From Phoronis australis (taxonomy: Eukaryota; Animalia; Phoronida), in the NCBI GenBank assembly GCA_002633005.1, contig NMRA01000012.1, positions 1 through 64,000 of the forward strand: a stretch of DNA of 64,000 bases. Direction: 5' to 3'. Numbering within the stretch: position 1 is the stretch's first letter; every line of letters begins with the position of its first letter. Made by a program: the position numbers and the translations under genes. Shown here one piece after another: positions 36,501 to 51,200 of this stretch. The notes under the pieces are model-generated. The model was not told where the DNA came from and did no database searches. It saw only the letters and a list, made by a program, of their open reading frames with translations.

Positions 36501-37835
36501 TCATTCTGACAATAACTGCTGTAGCAAACTATTCCGCTGATCAGCTGGTTTTATGTCTTCAATTGGAGTCTGAAACAACAGAAAACATTTAAGTTAAAAA
36601 ATGTATTCCCAATTGCTCTGCATTCAGTCGGAACTTTGAGCTATAGCGATACTTTATGAGCGACATGAAATAGCAATTTAACTTGACAAATACACCAGGT
36701 AGCGCCAGTGCTCATGAGTGAGCCTAAGAAAGGATTCAGCAGTGCGCTCAATCATCAGTAGCACCAAAACAGTCCCGACTCCTAAAAGATCACTAAAACC
36801 AAAACTTCCATCCTATTTTATGAAATAGATTTCGATTGGACACATAACTGAACTTGATCTGTCTTTGCTGTGGCGGAGTTGTATTAAGGACACCAGCAGA
36901 GTCCAAGAAGTGAACACAAACCATGACACAGCTGATACCATAGGACCAGGATCTAATCTCTGAATTTGGCTCACACACTCGAAACTGCACGATTCGAATA
37001 CAAAATTTTAAGTTCATTGAAGAGTACCATGCAATTGGTTAATCTTGAATTGAGTTTCAAGTATAGAGATTAGAACTCATTCTTAGTGACCCGGTTTTAA
37101 CACCTCACACATCACAATGCTTACCCTGGGTCCAACCTGCACTACGTTGACCGAGGTGGGTATATCCACTTTGGCAGGAACCCTGCCCTTCTTGACCACC
37201 TGGGACTCTTCCTTACCCCTCCCCTGGGGCGACCTCAGTTGAGAGCGGAATAGGTTGCTTGCAGGGGACACCTCCTTTGTATCAGCTATGATGAAAACAG
37301 ACAGAAGTGGCAAATGTTGAGTGGAACTGAAGTACAGCTAATAACAACATCCATTAATTTGACTTTTCACAGTTTTCATTCTTTATCACTCTTCATTAAT
37401 TATCGCAGTTTTTATTATTAGAAAGTAGAAATTCAACCTCCATAAACTCAATTAAACGCTTAGTACATTTCACTTACGAGGAGCATAGTATGAAGAGTTC
37501 GATCCTTGTTCAGACTTAATGCAGTCTAAAAAATTCTTGCACAACAAATGACCATGCCTATGTTATGATGCCCAACCAAAAATCGCTAATGAGGCACTTT
37601 AAGATGCAAATCAGTTATGACCACACCCACAACATAAGTTGATGAAGCTGTTTGCAGTCAATACTTACCATGTGATAGATTGTGCAGCTGCTGATACCTC
37701 ATGCGAGCCTCCTCCCTCTGTTGATGAATGACATCTGTAGACAAAGACGATATTCTATTGGGTGAACTGCTAGGTATATTGTAACCCGATGACTGGGGTT
37801 GTTGCTGCTGCTGCTGATGTTGCTGCTGCTGCTGA

Positions 37836-37870
<35 letters not shown>

Positions 37871-40800
37871 TTGCTGTTGTTGCAGCTCTTGCTCTTTTGT
37901 TAGCTCATCAACTGTAAGGACAGATATTTACCATAAAATAGACCCCTTTAAAATTCTGCGCTTATCCGTGAACATACAACCACGAGTTAAATATAATAGG
38001 AAACATTCGAGGGAGGCAGTCACTCAAAACCCATCAACTAGAATTCAACAAAATAACGCGGGTACTTACTCTGGGCAAGAAGGTCGTCAGGTATTTCAGC
38101 ATCCAGTACTGACATAGCGCTGGTGACAGGTGTGGGCTGAGCCCTGGCACTCACTACTGAGCGCAGCTCATTCTTTACATACTGTGAGGTGGAACCAGCC
38201 GTGCTCATCATGTTGGCACTAGATGAGAGTGACATGCTGTGGAGAAACATAAGTTAGTGAGCAATGTGTGAGCAATGTGTGCTTTTTAACAGTCGACAAG
38301 GAGGAAAGCAACACCAAACAATCCTATTTTGCACGCTTCTCATTAACTCAGCTAGTGCTTATAGATTTTGAGATTAAATCGAAATGCCTACGATGAACAC
38401 TTCGGCACTCATTTTGTTATTTAAAATATGATCCTAATGACAACAACAACTTAGGTTGAAGGTCGACACTTACCAATACTCATCTCTAATTTCCATATAA
38501 CAAAATACAAACAATTCGTGTAAGAATCATTTTCAAATGACAAAGTGCTCAAATCAACCCATTAGGAAGTTAATTATTAAAAGTTTTCACAAAAAACATA
38601 ATCACAATCGACATTACTCAACATTACAAAATGATGCAAATGAATTAATATTTTCATGGAACACACAGAGACTAAGTCCGAAGGAAAGATTATTTCATTG
38701 ACTTTGAACAAAATGAATAGTTGAAAATTTGTTACGCATTACTAGTGGGTCAGCATACAAGACCACTGCATTAGATTAATTCGGTGCTTTGATAGACTGT
38801 AATGAGGACCTAAGTGGCAACATCCGAGACTTACCCATCACTCATTCCATAGAAGTTTATGTCCTGGTCAAAATTGCCACCGGTATTAAAAGAGGACGTA
38901 GGGAGGCTAACTGAAGAGCCGTAAGGCGATGTCCTTGAACTGGGTTGTTGATTAGGTGAGACCATCAGGGGGTCTTGGGCTACACCACCAAATGGGCTCT
39001 GGGGACCCCTAGGGCTGGACCCACGACCTGAAAGTGAAGCAAAGAATGAAATGAGAACATATGCAGAATAAGCTCAATATAGCCTGTAACTTGCTTTATG
39101 CAATTCGTTGATTTGCTAGCAATTCCGCCGAAATGACTGGAAAATGCTAAGAATGTACTACTATAACGTAAGTCCAGATGAGCAATATACTCTATGTTAA
39201 AAAAATAGCAACATCCACAGACCACGGGTAATTACTGTTTCTTACAAGTTAAACTAACAGGAAACTGAACCAGTCCAGTAAAACTGGATTCCCAGGTTAT
39301 CAGTTATTTTTACAACTTGGTTTAACTAAATAAACGCCATGTTTTTCATCTCGACAAAATCCCAGTGCTGGTATGATCACGTTACACATCACCAGGAGGT
39401 CCCATGGGCAGCGCAGCAATGAAAAAGTGGGGGGCTAAAGCCCCCTCAGCCCCCCTGTGGTGCACCGCCTATAGACCTTGTGCGGCGTAGCACTGAAAGA
39501 AGTGGGGGGCTATAGACCCCAACCTCCTATGGTGCGCCGCCAATGGGTCCACTGTATAACATTTCATTTCGATGCATAACATTTTCACATTCTCGAAGTA
39601 AAATTAGTCATCTTTATACAGAATTACAGACTGAAGAGTAAGTACACGAAAATATTTCAAAATCATTCAACAAGGCCATCACTTAGTCTCACCAGCAGTA
39701 CTGATGGCTGGCATTGCAGCCTGTCGCTGCATCATTTGCTGACGTATCTGTTGGCGACGTTGCTGCAGCTGCTGCTGCTGTTGTTGCTGCTGCTGCTGCT
39801 GAATCTGCTGCTGTTTGTTGAACATATGCATACCAGCATCAGACTGGCTGTTGAACATACTGCCCTGTGGCGTCATCATGGTGTGTTGGGGGCGCTGTGG
39901 GGGCATGCTACCCAGGAAAGATGGAGACTGGAATACAGCAAAGAGTCATGTGGTGAACAGGAGTAGAACTTTGTGTTTCCTGGTAAGCACTAAAAACGTT
40001 CATCTCCAGGGGCTATGACCACCAAGTTTTACATGAAACTACAGTAAAAAAGCCCAACACACCAGATTAAATTCGAAAGTGAACATGAAGCTCACCATAG
40101 AATTGCTCAGTTTTCAAGTCCAATCTCAAGTTACTTTTGGAAGTTTTTAACACAATTATGCTATCCTTGGAGCCCAATTCTATTGATTACGGCCCTTAAA
40201 CAAGATACAAGCTGCATTTTTGGAACACTTAAGTGACCATCATATCACGCACACTTAAGTTATTATTATAAGTCAGAACAACAATTGGAATGGTTCAGAT
40301 ACGAGCTTTAGGGGGGTGTTTGCGGTGATTACAGGTTTGCGATTTGCAAGAGCTATGTTCCACTGACCTGGCCTGGCACACTCTGTTGCTGCTGCATCAT
40401 AGCCTGGGTGGGTCTGGCCTGAGGCTGCGGCCACTGCTGTTGTTGGCCAGGGAAGGAGGAGGGATTGGACGGCTGCTTCAGCACACCCATAGATGACTGA
40501 CTACTACTGGTCATGGCACTCTGATTGAACATGCTAGCCGAACGCTGTAAACAAAAAGACCATTTATCAGTTTCATAACCCACTAGCAGTAACAGGGTCG
40601 GTAACGTAATGATTCTGCAGCATCCAAGTTTGGATGGAAAATGGGGGAAATTTTTGCCCAGCTCAACTAGGTTGTACAACTTTTTAGTATGCAATGATTA
40701 CACGGTACAATCAAATATCAAAAAACAATTGGTAAAATCAAAAGCATTTGTAGCAAAGTGGCTATGGCAAAAAAGAAATTTCAGAAATTATATAATAGAA

Positions 40801-42250
40801 GTTACTTTCGTTAAAAATTGAAGTCTTTACCATAGATTGAATGAAGCAAATGCAATTTAACTGATCAACAGCACACCTTAACCCAAAACTGAACAAGATC
40901 AACAAATTATACTATACAGTGCAGAAACACGACTTATAATATATTATAGTAATTAATTCAAAGTTTCAGTAAATGTCAATTCCACTCCAGGATTACAAAA
41001 CTGAAGGTTTTCAAGTCACATGTTCCCATTGTCTTTATCGAAAGAAACCAGGAGAGTCAATCTCTATCACACTTACCGGTATCGTTACATTTGGAACTGT
41101 ACCACTGTTCATGAGATCTGCAAAGCTCTCAGCAAAACTACCATTTCCTTGAAGGGAGGGGTCCATATCCAAGCCACTACCCTGCAAATGCAACAGCAGC
41201 CATGACAAACCCATACATATCTCCACAATTATGCTCCCTGGTCATCATCCAACTATATCTGCAATGCACATGAGTAGTCATGACCAGTCACAACTATAAC
41301 TGCTCTGCATATGAAAAGTCATGACAAGTCACAACTATAACTGCACTGCATATGAAGTCATGACAAGTCACTTTTTCTCAACATATGTTGTCAATCATAT
41401 GTTGACAAAGGACGTTATTACACCCGAAAATTTCAGTTGATCCATTCTTGTTGTTTTATTTACCTATTTACGTGAAACAATAGTATCCTTGGGAGGATCT
41501 GGATCGACTTATTTAGTTTCAGATTTATTTTCTACATTATTTGTCAATCATACAAACGGAGACTTTGGTCAGCTTTCATTGCGCTTTTGTATCGCAATAA
41601 AAATAATACACTCCCAAATTGCACTATATGCAACCAATGCACAAGCAGATGTGAAGAAACTATTTGAATATTGTCAGGGTGAAAACACCTTTCCATTATT
41701 TCTCTTTCCCAACTTGGTCATCCAACAAGTTTAACATCACGACACTAAACATCACTTAACAAATGCTGGTTATTTTTCCTTCTCAATGTTTTGTCTTGTA
41801 AATCTATCATTTGTCCAGAAGATCAACAATAAGCAACTGGACATTCACCAGGCACCAGGACTTGAAATCAAACTCAAAATAACTTTCAACATGTGCTTAC
41901 ACTATGGTTACTTAACATTGCATTCAAGCAGCAAGGAAAATTTCCAGTTTGAGTTTGGAGATTATACCCCAGGGCCATGTGACTCGAATAAAGAAAGAGT
42001 CCCTACTTTATCATTAGAAAAGAGCTAAAGAAAGCAGCCAGGCAGCAAGGGAATGTTGAAGAGATCAAAGTCACATGTGTCCTGAATACTCGTAAGTGAA
42101 TCTCAAGTGCCTTACTATCAGTCTCTACTTCAACTTACCTGTTGCATGAAGCCACCAGCCTGCTGATACTGCTGCTGTAGTAGTGTGCGCTTACGCAGCT
42201 CTGTCAGGCGTTTCTGCTCCATCAGTCTCTGTCTTTGCTGTTGCTGCTGC

Positions 42251-42285
<35 letters not shown>

Positions 42286-45200
42286 CTGCTGCTGCTGCAT
42301 CAGAGACTGGCGGGCGTGGGGCGACATGGAGGGTCCACTACTACCATGGTAACCAGGGAACTGGCTAGATAAACCTGTAACAGACAACAGGAATACTAGT
42401 AGAAATTTGCAATAACACGAGAGACTTTGTCAAAAAATGGTATACAGAAGGCGCTACCCCAAAGCCATAGAGGCAGAAGTTTTCTGCAGACAAGCCCAGG
42501 GCATATGTTCAGAAAATGACATCTTCAAATCCAAAAGTTAAATAATACAGTGGACATCGTTTCAATGGACTTTTTTGCCCAATAATATGCTGTGACAAGA
42601 GTCTGATGTTTGCAATTCAAAAGGTTTCGGAGTTCGTTGCAAGTGAATCTGGGCAAAGTTAAGAAAATGCATTTTTTCAAATCCTCGTTTTAGACGTTTT
42701 GTCAAAAAAATATTCCTTTCATAAGAACTCGGGGTATCTTAGCAGATGGGCTTCCCTGTAGAAAACAGGTATGATTTCTGGATACACAGGTTGCGATTTC
42801 TTTCAACAGAAAAACTAATACAGTGTTTGTAGAGAGTTCTCTATAACGAAAAATGTCAATCAATTATGAAGAATAACAACTTGAATGTTTTCCCCTCGAT
42901 GCACTCTTTGTTCTTTCTTCTCTAGCACTGACAGCTCATGTCACACAGTGAAGTGACAATGATGAATGAAAATATAAAACCTTCAACACTGCACATCACC
43001 ATTGGCCACAACACCATCTACAAGTGCTGTTACTTTTGTTTACTATTTCAAACACACTTGACTAATTTACTGTACCAATGGACTCACCAGGCATGCGTAT
43101 CTGTGCCTGATGTGGTTGCTGCTGTGAGAACTGAGGTGACTGACTGAACCTGGGCTGAGCCTGTGGTGGTGGAGGCTGCAGAGGGGGTCCAGCAGCTGCC
43201 ATGTCCATACTGACAGGTGGTATAATGCTTGTCTGGCGCATGCGTCCCAATGACATGTTATCACTGCTGGCAGTGGTAGTGGCACCAATTGGCATTGAGC
43301 CCAGGCTATCCATGGGCTGAGAATACTGGTTGGTGGCTCGATCAGCCTCACCCATCAGCTGTCGTTGGATGGCGTCGATGGCCATTTGCTCATTGGGATC
43401 TGATGTGTGTGTGTTGCCACCAATGCCCAACAAATTGTCAATCTCAGAGACATCAGACGTCTCAAATACTTGTTGAATTTGTGCCAGCAACTGCGTATCA
43501 TCCAGATTGCTACTAGCAAAGTCCTGACTCGAGTAATCCAGAGCACTGCTATTATTATTGTTGTTGTTGATGTTATTTCCCATCATATTTACCCCACCAA
43601 CACCACCAATATCCATGGGCTGGGGCAACATCTGCTGCATGCTCCCAGGTTGACCTGGATTGGTACCAATCTGTCCTGGCTGTCCGTTGGTATTGCCAGG
43701 AAACGGCGTATTAGGATTTGTACGTGGATTGGCCCTCGGGTTGGCCGTACGGGATGGCTGCTGCAGATCATTTTGCAATGTGTCCGGCAATCCATTTTGG
43801 ACTGGGTTGAAATCAACGACATTTGACGGAGTTGGCAACTTGGGCATCCCCGCAGGGTTCGGACCGCCCCCTATTGGGGCACTCTGCACAGTCATTCGCT
43901 TCTTGGTGAGCAACTCAGCCAGCAAAACGCTGGATTTCTGGTTGCAGCCAGACGAAGTTGTGGGCTCGGTGTCCATGTTCTCTGTACTATCCACAAGGTC
44001 AGTGTTGGACATTTTACGTTTGACGCTGCTACGCATCTCATGCTGCAGTGTCTGCTTCTCCCACAGGTTTGTTAGCAATGAGTCAAGGTCACGGTCTTGC
44101 AGGGGCAAGCTGTTACTGCTGCTGCTGTTGCCACAAGCCGGCGTGGACAACAAATCATTGATGAACGAGTCGTTGGAATTGGAGTACGGATTCTGTGTAC
44201 TGTCTACATGACCCACATTGGTCGTCTGTTCTGATTTAACATGAGACAGCTGTTGCTGGTCTCCCATGTGTTGGCTAGTCACTTCCTGTTGAATACAAAC
44301 CACATATTGAAAGGTGATTGCATCCACATTTCAACTTGCTCTAGTCACTGGTTTAAAACATTCTCAACACAAGTGAAAGCTGTGCAACTTGCTGCACTAG
44401 GAATATTTTTAAAGCTTAACACATTAAGTACTTAGAAGTTCTAATTATCGCTAATTATCTAGAGACTAGAGAAGGACATTCACTTTCAACTACACTGATT
44501 GCGTAACTTGTTTTTCAACAGATCAGTCCTAGCTGCAACATAAGTGTTTACGGCTTGAATAATAAAGAGAAACACTTTGTAAAATGTTTCTCATTATTCG
44601 CCAGAAACTAACATTAAAACACAGAGGCATTCCTCTGGAGATTTCTGTTATATAGCAAATAATCCAACAATTAACATTATGTAAAGCTGCATTTTTGCAC
44701 CAGTCTTAATTTCACGTTCTTGTATGTTACTGTTGCCATCATGAATGAAAGCGTCAATTTCTAGCATGAGTGGTCAGCCAGTTAACTGTGCTGTGAAAGC
44801 AACATTTCCTGGTACACAATCAAGTATCACTGAATCCATTTTACTATCAAAAACAACCATGACAAATAATTGGGTATAAAATTCAACTTAAGTAATCACA
44901 GTCTGAAAATAAAACATTTATCGGCTATCGAGTAATTTGTACTAACTGTTGCTCTGTAACACAAACACAGTAAGGACACACAGTACTAACCAACCTCAAT
45001 ACCATGTTCATGAGGTACATGGCAACATCTTGTAAAAAAACTGATTTTCTTAAACTTTTGCATTTTACAGCAAAAAGAATTCACAAAGGTGACGAGCAGC
45101 ATTCATTGAAATAACTTGTCCCTTTCAGGAGATAGTTGAGGGTGTGAAGAATTTGGGCTGCATTGGAAAAGGCAAGTTGCGCCCTCTATTGCAATAGACA

Positions 45201-48200
45201 CTTACCGCTGACTGGTCTTCCTCTGTTAACAATTTCTGCATGATGTTACACTTGTCTTTCTTTTCCACTTGCTCATTTGTGTCGTTGAGTAGCCGCTACA
45301 AACGACAGTAAATAAAAACATTACAATCCCATGATTGTCAAAAGCTTATTGTTACCTGCAGTCCACACCAAAATTAGTATTCAACTGAAACTCTATGACC
45401 TGGTATGCAAATCAAAGAAAATAACTTAATTCCTTTCTTTCATATCCTTTGTGCAATGGACCCAACCACAAGACCGTGCACATCTGAAGCATCACAAAAG
45501 ACACCAGACCACCTGCACTTGTTTTTTCATATCTGTATAGATAAGTCTGAAACCATAATTGTGTCAAAAAATGTATATGTGGGCCAGTATACCTAATTCC
45601 CCTACCACACTGGTATTAATAACAGACCTTTAGAAGCATATTGTCAGCTTTCTTTGGTTCCGCCTCATTGCCCTTGTTGACCTCTCCAGGTTTAACCCCT
45701 GGATCAGTAAGGTCATCCTCCTCACTGAGCAGTGACTTAAGAACACTGCCACTCTTGCCCTTACTACTGGTGGGTGACATGCTCTCCTTAGTGTTGCTAT
45801 CAGGGTCCACCTGTAACAAGCACCCACACCTAGGTGTAACAACTTCAGAAAGATAACGGTATACAACAGACACAATACATGGTCACCGTCGACATTTTGA
45901 TTTTAATCACATAACTATTAGCATAAGGACTCCATGTCATAGAGAAAACGATAATTAATAAACAAAAAGTACTTAATGATCTACCATATACATGTATTTG
46001 TAACATACCAACACTGACAGACACATGTCCATAACATACTTTCCCTTTCACCCTCCAAGCACACAACATAATTATTTGTATTATTAACTCTGACATAGTT
46101 TTGTAATGCTAACTTAGATATTAAAATTGAAACCTCCACATAAACATTTTAGCATTTGCCATGGCTAAGGACTAATGTTGTTCAGAGTGAATACAAATTC
46201 TTTTAACCATCGTATTTTATATAAAAGTACTATCTGAAAATGCAACAAAGGAAAATATCAGGGTCACTTGCACAGTGCCACTTAGACTATACTTTCAGAG
46301 AGGTACTCAAACTTTACTATTGTCAGAAGTATAACAAGGGTCCTTCCGATAGAAATCCATGCATTCTGGTGAAGTGCTTTCTGCAATCAATCTATTCAAA
46401 TGTCGAAAAAGGTACTTTATGCATTGCCTAGTGAATATCAGGTCCCCCATTACAAAAGAGTTAAAAATGAGGTACACCTGCAATAGCTAACACTTCCCTA
46501 CATTTATTTTCACACAAAAATGTGTTTCCATGCACTTATCACTGAATCCCAACCTAAATATTTGTAAACATGGTTTACATTAACAAAATTCCCTTTTCAT
46601 TATACCTGAGGCTGATCCTGNCCTTCCCCCCCTCCCATACAGATTTTGCTGGAACAGCCCTCACACAAAAATGTGTTTCCATGCACTTATCACTGAATCC
46701 CAACCTAAATATTTGTAAACATGGTTTACATTAACAAAATTCCCTTTTCATTATACCTGAGGCTGATCCTGCCCAGGGCCTGGCTGAGGCGACACTTGGC
46801 TTCTCCTGGAGCTATCTGGCAATTCGGCTGGGTCGTCATCTGCATCGCCAGAGAGCAGACGTCGCAGCTGATTCTGAGGCTTGACTCCATCCTTGGATGC
46901 CTGGCGTATACACATCTGCCTCAGCTTGTCCTGAGGATTGTTGGGAAGGCCGGCCCGCATCTCCATGTTGCGCAGAGCATCCATAGGTGTGGTGGCACCT
47001 GGACTGGCATTGGAACCAGTGAAACCACTATTCGGTGTACGAGACATCCCTGTAACAGCATATGTTCTAGTTTTAAGAGCATATGCTTCAAATGGAACTT
47101 TACAATGATTTTTTGAAGCATTAAAATAGTTTTCATCAAACAATTTCACAAAGACCTAGAAGAACTCGTTGAGCGCAAACTTACATACCGTATTTGCCGT
47201 AATAACCGCCCATGCCTATATAAGCGCCCCCCAGACTTTGCTAAAATAAGCGCCCAGTCCATGAACATGTACGTGCGAAAAATACCTTACCTACAGTCCT
47301 AAAATTCTATAGTAACGTCTTCAATTTATCAATAATATCCGAGAGTCCTGAAAAAAGTCATTGTGTGCAGAATTTGTAGACCACGAGCCTCGCCATTATG
47401 TCGGTATTTAGCCGTGACTATACACTTCAAACTTCCTCCATGCCTCAAAACGAACACAAAAGTTCTGCTGATATTGCGGGGACCAATGGTCTGGCCTTTC
47501 AGAGCAGACGTAGTGTACTTGTCTATGGGATTGCCTTGTAGATATTTCCCGCTTTCAACAGGAATCCAAATTTCTTTGTAGGCCTACACATGAAAACCGT
47601 GAATCAAAGACTAATAAAAAGCTTGGCCAGTGTTAAAAGCACATGGCTACGTACATGAACCTGTCATCAGACATTAGTCAGGAACTATCCATTCATGAAA
47701 CGGGAAGCATAGCATCGGCAAGAAATGAGTATTGGCTCTAATTTCCGACAGTTTCTAATACTATAAAAATGTTTGTGTTATTTTTAAGATGAATTGTTGG
47801 CTTAACCATAATTGGTGTTTTTAAGCCAAATATCCAATAAAATGACCACTGACAGTGAATGCTTACACACCCTTACACCGAAAAATTACTGTCAGATAGT
47901 CACGTACGCCGCATCCAGCCATACGGCGACTAATATGGTCTTACCGTGACAAATGTCGAACGTTTTTAGCACATGAGACCGGCAAGTGCTGAATGAAACA
48001 CACTCTGGTTTAGGCCTACTGCTTGTGCAAATTTCTTTAGATACAATGCACATCTAGCTCGTTAGATTGCGTAGCTCTGGCCAAAAGATGGTATCTGCTC
48101 TGGCAAATGAACTCTGGTGACACGCACGCGCTTGCTTACTCACAGACAACTTCAAAACAAACGTCACGTGAGAACAACATGTGAGTTCGTCCAGACATTT

Positions 48201-51200
48201 TTCTCATGTTGCCGATCATTCATGTAGATGTTACGATGTACTAACACAGATTAGTACTTAAACCTGCCGTGATACGGACTCCATGGGAACTTATAAATCT
48301 TAGGGATGTACTTGGAAAACTTTTGGAGATTTCAGGTAATATGCTCGAGTCGAAACTGTATTTTTATTCAAGTATTCAAGTCTCGACGATTGCGAGGCAG
48401 GCAGTCGGCGAGTTTTCGCCCTGGGATTTCAGCACAATTTTCTGTAAAATGATGGTAATTTAGCAGCAAAATTTGATAGCAATGCACCACGATTTTGTAG
48501 AAAGTCTTTCATAGATCACAGATACATCACAGAGCGTAAATATGATGAATCTTAGCTTCCGATTTCACCCGTTTCAGAGACGGGGGTTTCAATGGCCTGG
48601 GGTTATAATAACAAACTTTTCTAAGCGCCCTGGGCGGTTATTACGGCGAACACGGTAAGGATAACTCCTTATTACGTAAAGCATTACTTGAACAAAATAT
48701 GATGTACACATGCATTGCCATAGTACACAAGCCTAGCATTTCGATTTTGACTACGATTTACATGGTTAAAATAAAACAAGAGTAAGACACAGTAAACAAC
48801 ACATTGCTTATTAACGGAAAGTGGGAATCAATAAAACTGCACAGTGACCACTTCAAATAGTTTCATAAAACAACAAAAGCCAAATAGTGGCCCCTGTGGT
48901 AACAAAAGAGAGCACTTCATGCAACAGAAATGTCCGAGAAAAAAAATGACAAAACACCTACAGAAATAAAAACACATTTTACAATTTCCTTTAAGCAATA
49001 TGCAATAATGATCTTACATAAACACTTTATTCACTAACCTCCAACACCTGATGTGCTACCACTTGGCCTCCTTGCCATTCCATACACTGCTGCCCTCCCT
49101 CCAGAAAATTGGCTAGGGTTTCCATAGCTGGGGCTACGTCCACCAGCAAATCCTGGTGACCTCTGACCTGCGGAGTAGCTTGGACTGCGGGCAGAGTTAG
49201 TATACTGTCCCACTGAGTTCTGCCGGCCGAGATAGCCCGGCGACTGTCCGGCCAAGTGACCCTGACTGTGAGTTATATTCACTGATGGCACAGCATTCCA
49301 GGCTGGATTGTCCCCGTAAAGGTCCCAGCTATTGGTCGACATGCCCATCATGTCATTCAAACTGAGGTCAGAGGTCGAGTTGAGGTCTAGGCTAGAGACA
49401 CTAGACACACTGGATGGGCGACGGCCACGCCCATAGCTAGCCATGCGCTGATATCCTGATGGTGGCATATTTCCAGCATTGGCATTGTTAGATTGAATGA
49501 TTGACTTCATAAGACTTGTCGAGGCCGACCCTTTCAGCTCAACATCAGAATCACATTCTCTGTAAAAGGATACTATCAGTAGTATGCAGTGGTCAAATAG
49601 GCAAGTTTTAATACAAGATTGGGTGCTGATTATTTACTCTTTACAGTGCCTAATAAACCTTTCAGCAACACATCAACTCATTACCAATTGTGCTGATCAG
49701 CGAGTCAACTAGTGAAGCCTACATTTCAATGACCACATCATTTGACTACAGGACGGCGGATTAACCAAATCCTGAATAACAGCGTTTTTCAAAAAATTTC
49801 ATTTTTTTGAAGAAATTTCTATTGGTTTAGAATGTGACACTGGGAGATGAAGTTCTAAAAAGCTTGGCAATCAAACAGTTAATATTAGTGACCTCGATAG
49901 ATACTGAACAATAGCTCAACAATTACTATAAAGCCAAACTTTATTAAGTATAACTTAAGATAAACAGAAAAGTCACAAACTCTCATCTCGTTCATATTCC
50001 AAAGAAGTGATCTAAGCACTAAGTAGGAAGTGGAACTGTCGTGACTGTTGTGTACAGTAACTCTTGTGTACACGTACCACACCGACAGATTGTATTGACC
50101 TTTACCTCACATAATCCCAAGTCATGGAAGCATGACATTTTGTACTACAAAGTCAACTTTCTGCGTAATGTCTGCTGCACACTAAAGCTTACAGAGGTTT
50201 GGTCACCAACTGACAGGGAAGTGTTTAGTAAGTTAGCCAAACTGTCTTTTTCTCAGATTAAGATTAAAGGGAAATGGTTACAGTTTGACATTTCCTCATA
50301 CCACACACTTTAGATATTTCCTTCACTAAAGTTGTATGCAGAGCAAAATGACATACCTGTCTGATAATTGATCAAGCAACATTACATAACACGTAGAGTG
50401 CTTAGTTGGTCACAATAATTTTATTTATGATATAGTTTCACCTGTAAGCATCATGTTCATTATAAACATTCATTGCACTTGCAAACAGACCTTTGCAAGG
50501 AAGATTTTAAAACGAACATTTCCCTATAAGGTTGTAAGACCTTAGAATAATGTCCAAATCTGGCTAACTTCATCATACCAAAGAAATGGCTAAACAGATT
50601 CATACGAAACTTTCAAATACTATGCTCTGAGCACTGTTTTTGCCATTAGAAATACTGTGTTTAATTTGTTCACTTTTGCACGAGAGGCTGTCAAAAGTAG
50701 GACTTTTATGATTATCATAAAAAAATCAGTTGTATAAAACGGAAACAAAAAGATAACTAAGAAATTGGTGCAATCTAGAAATTCTACAAACTTTCTACTT
50801 TACACTTTCACGGAGTTAAAATCTTTAGTTAAGTAAATAGTTGGCTAAATACACAAATTTGTCAGTAAGGTCCAACATAACCTTGACAACACAACGAAAT
50901 GTCAAAAATATGTCAGTTTTGACACTTCACATAAAAAACATGCAGTTTTAACAAAAAATTCAGCTTGGCCAAGTTTGTGTGTGACTGGGCAAGCGCACAT
51001 CTGGCAACTCTCGTCTTGTCTACAGATTAGCAAACACACTCTGACTTGTGCTGAAGCAACTTGCACAAGTTACCCTAACTCCATGAAGAGGGGTAAGTTG
51101 TCACATGTCACGTTTCCTCTGCACAAGTAGCACCCACACTGCTACTAAACATAGTGACAACTCATTTTAGGGTTAACTTGTCCTAGGTTACCTCTAAGTA

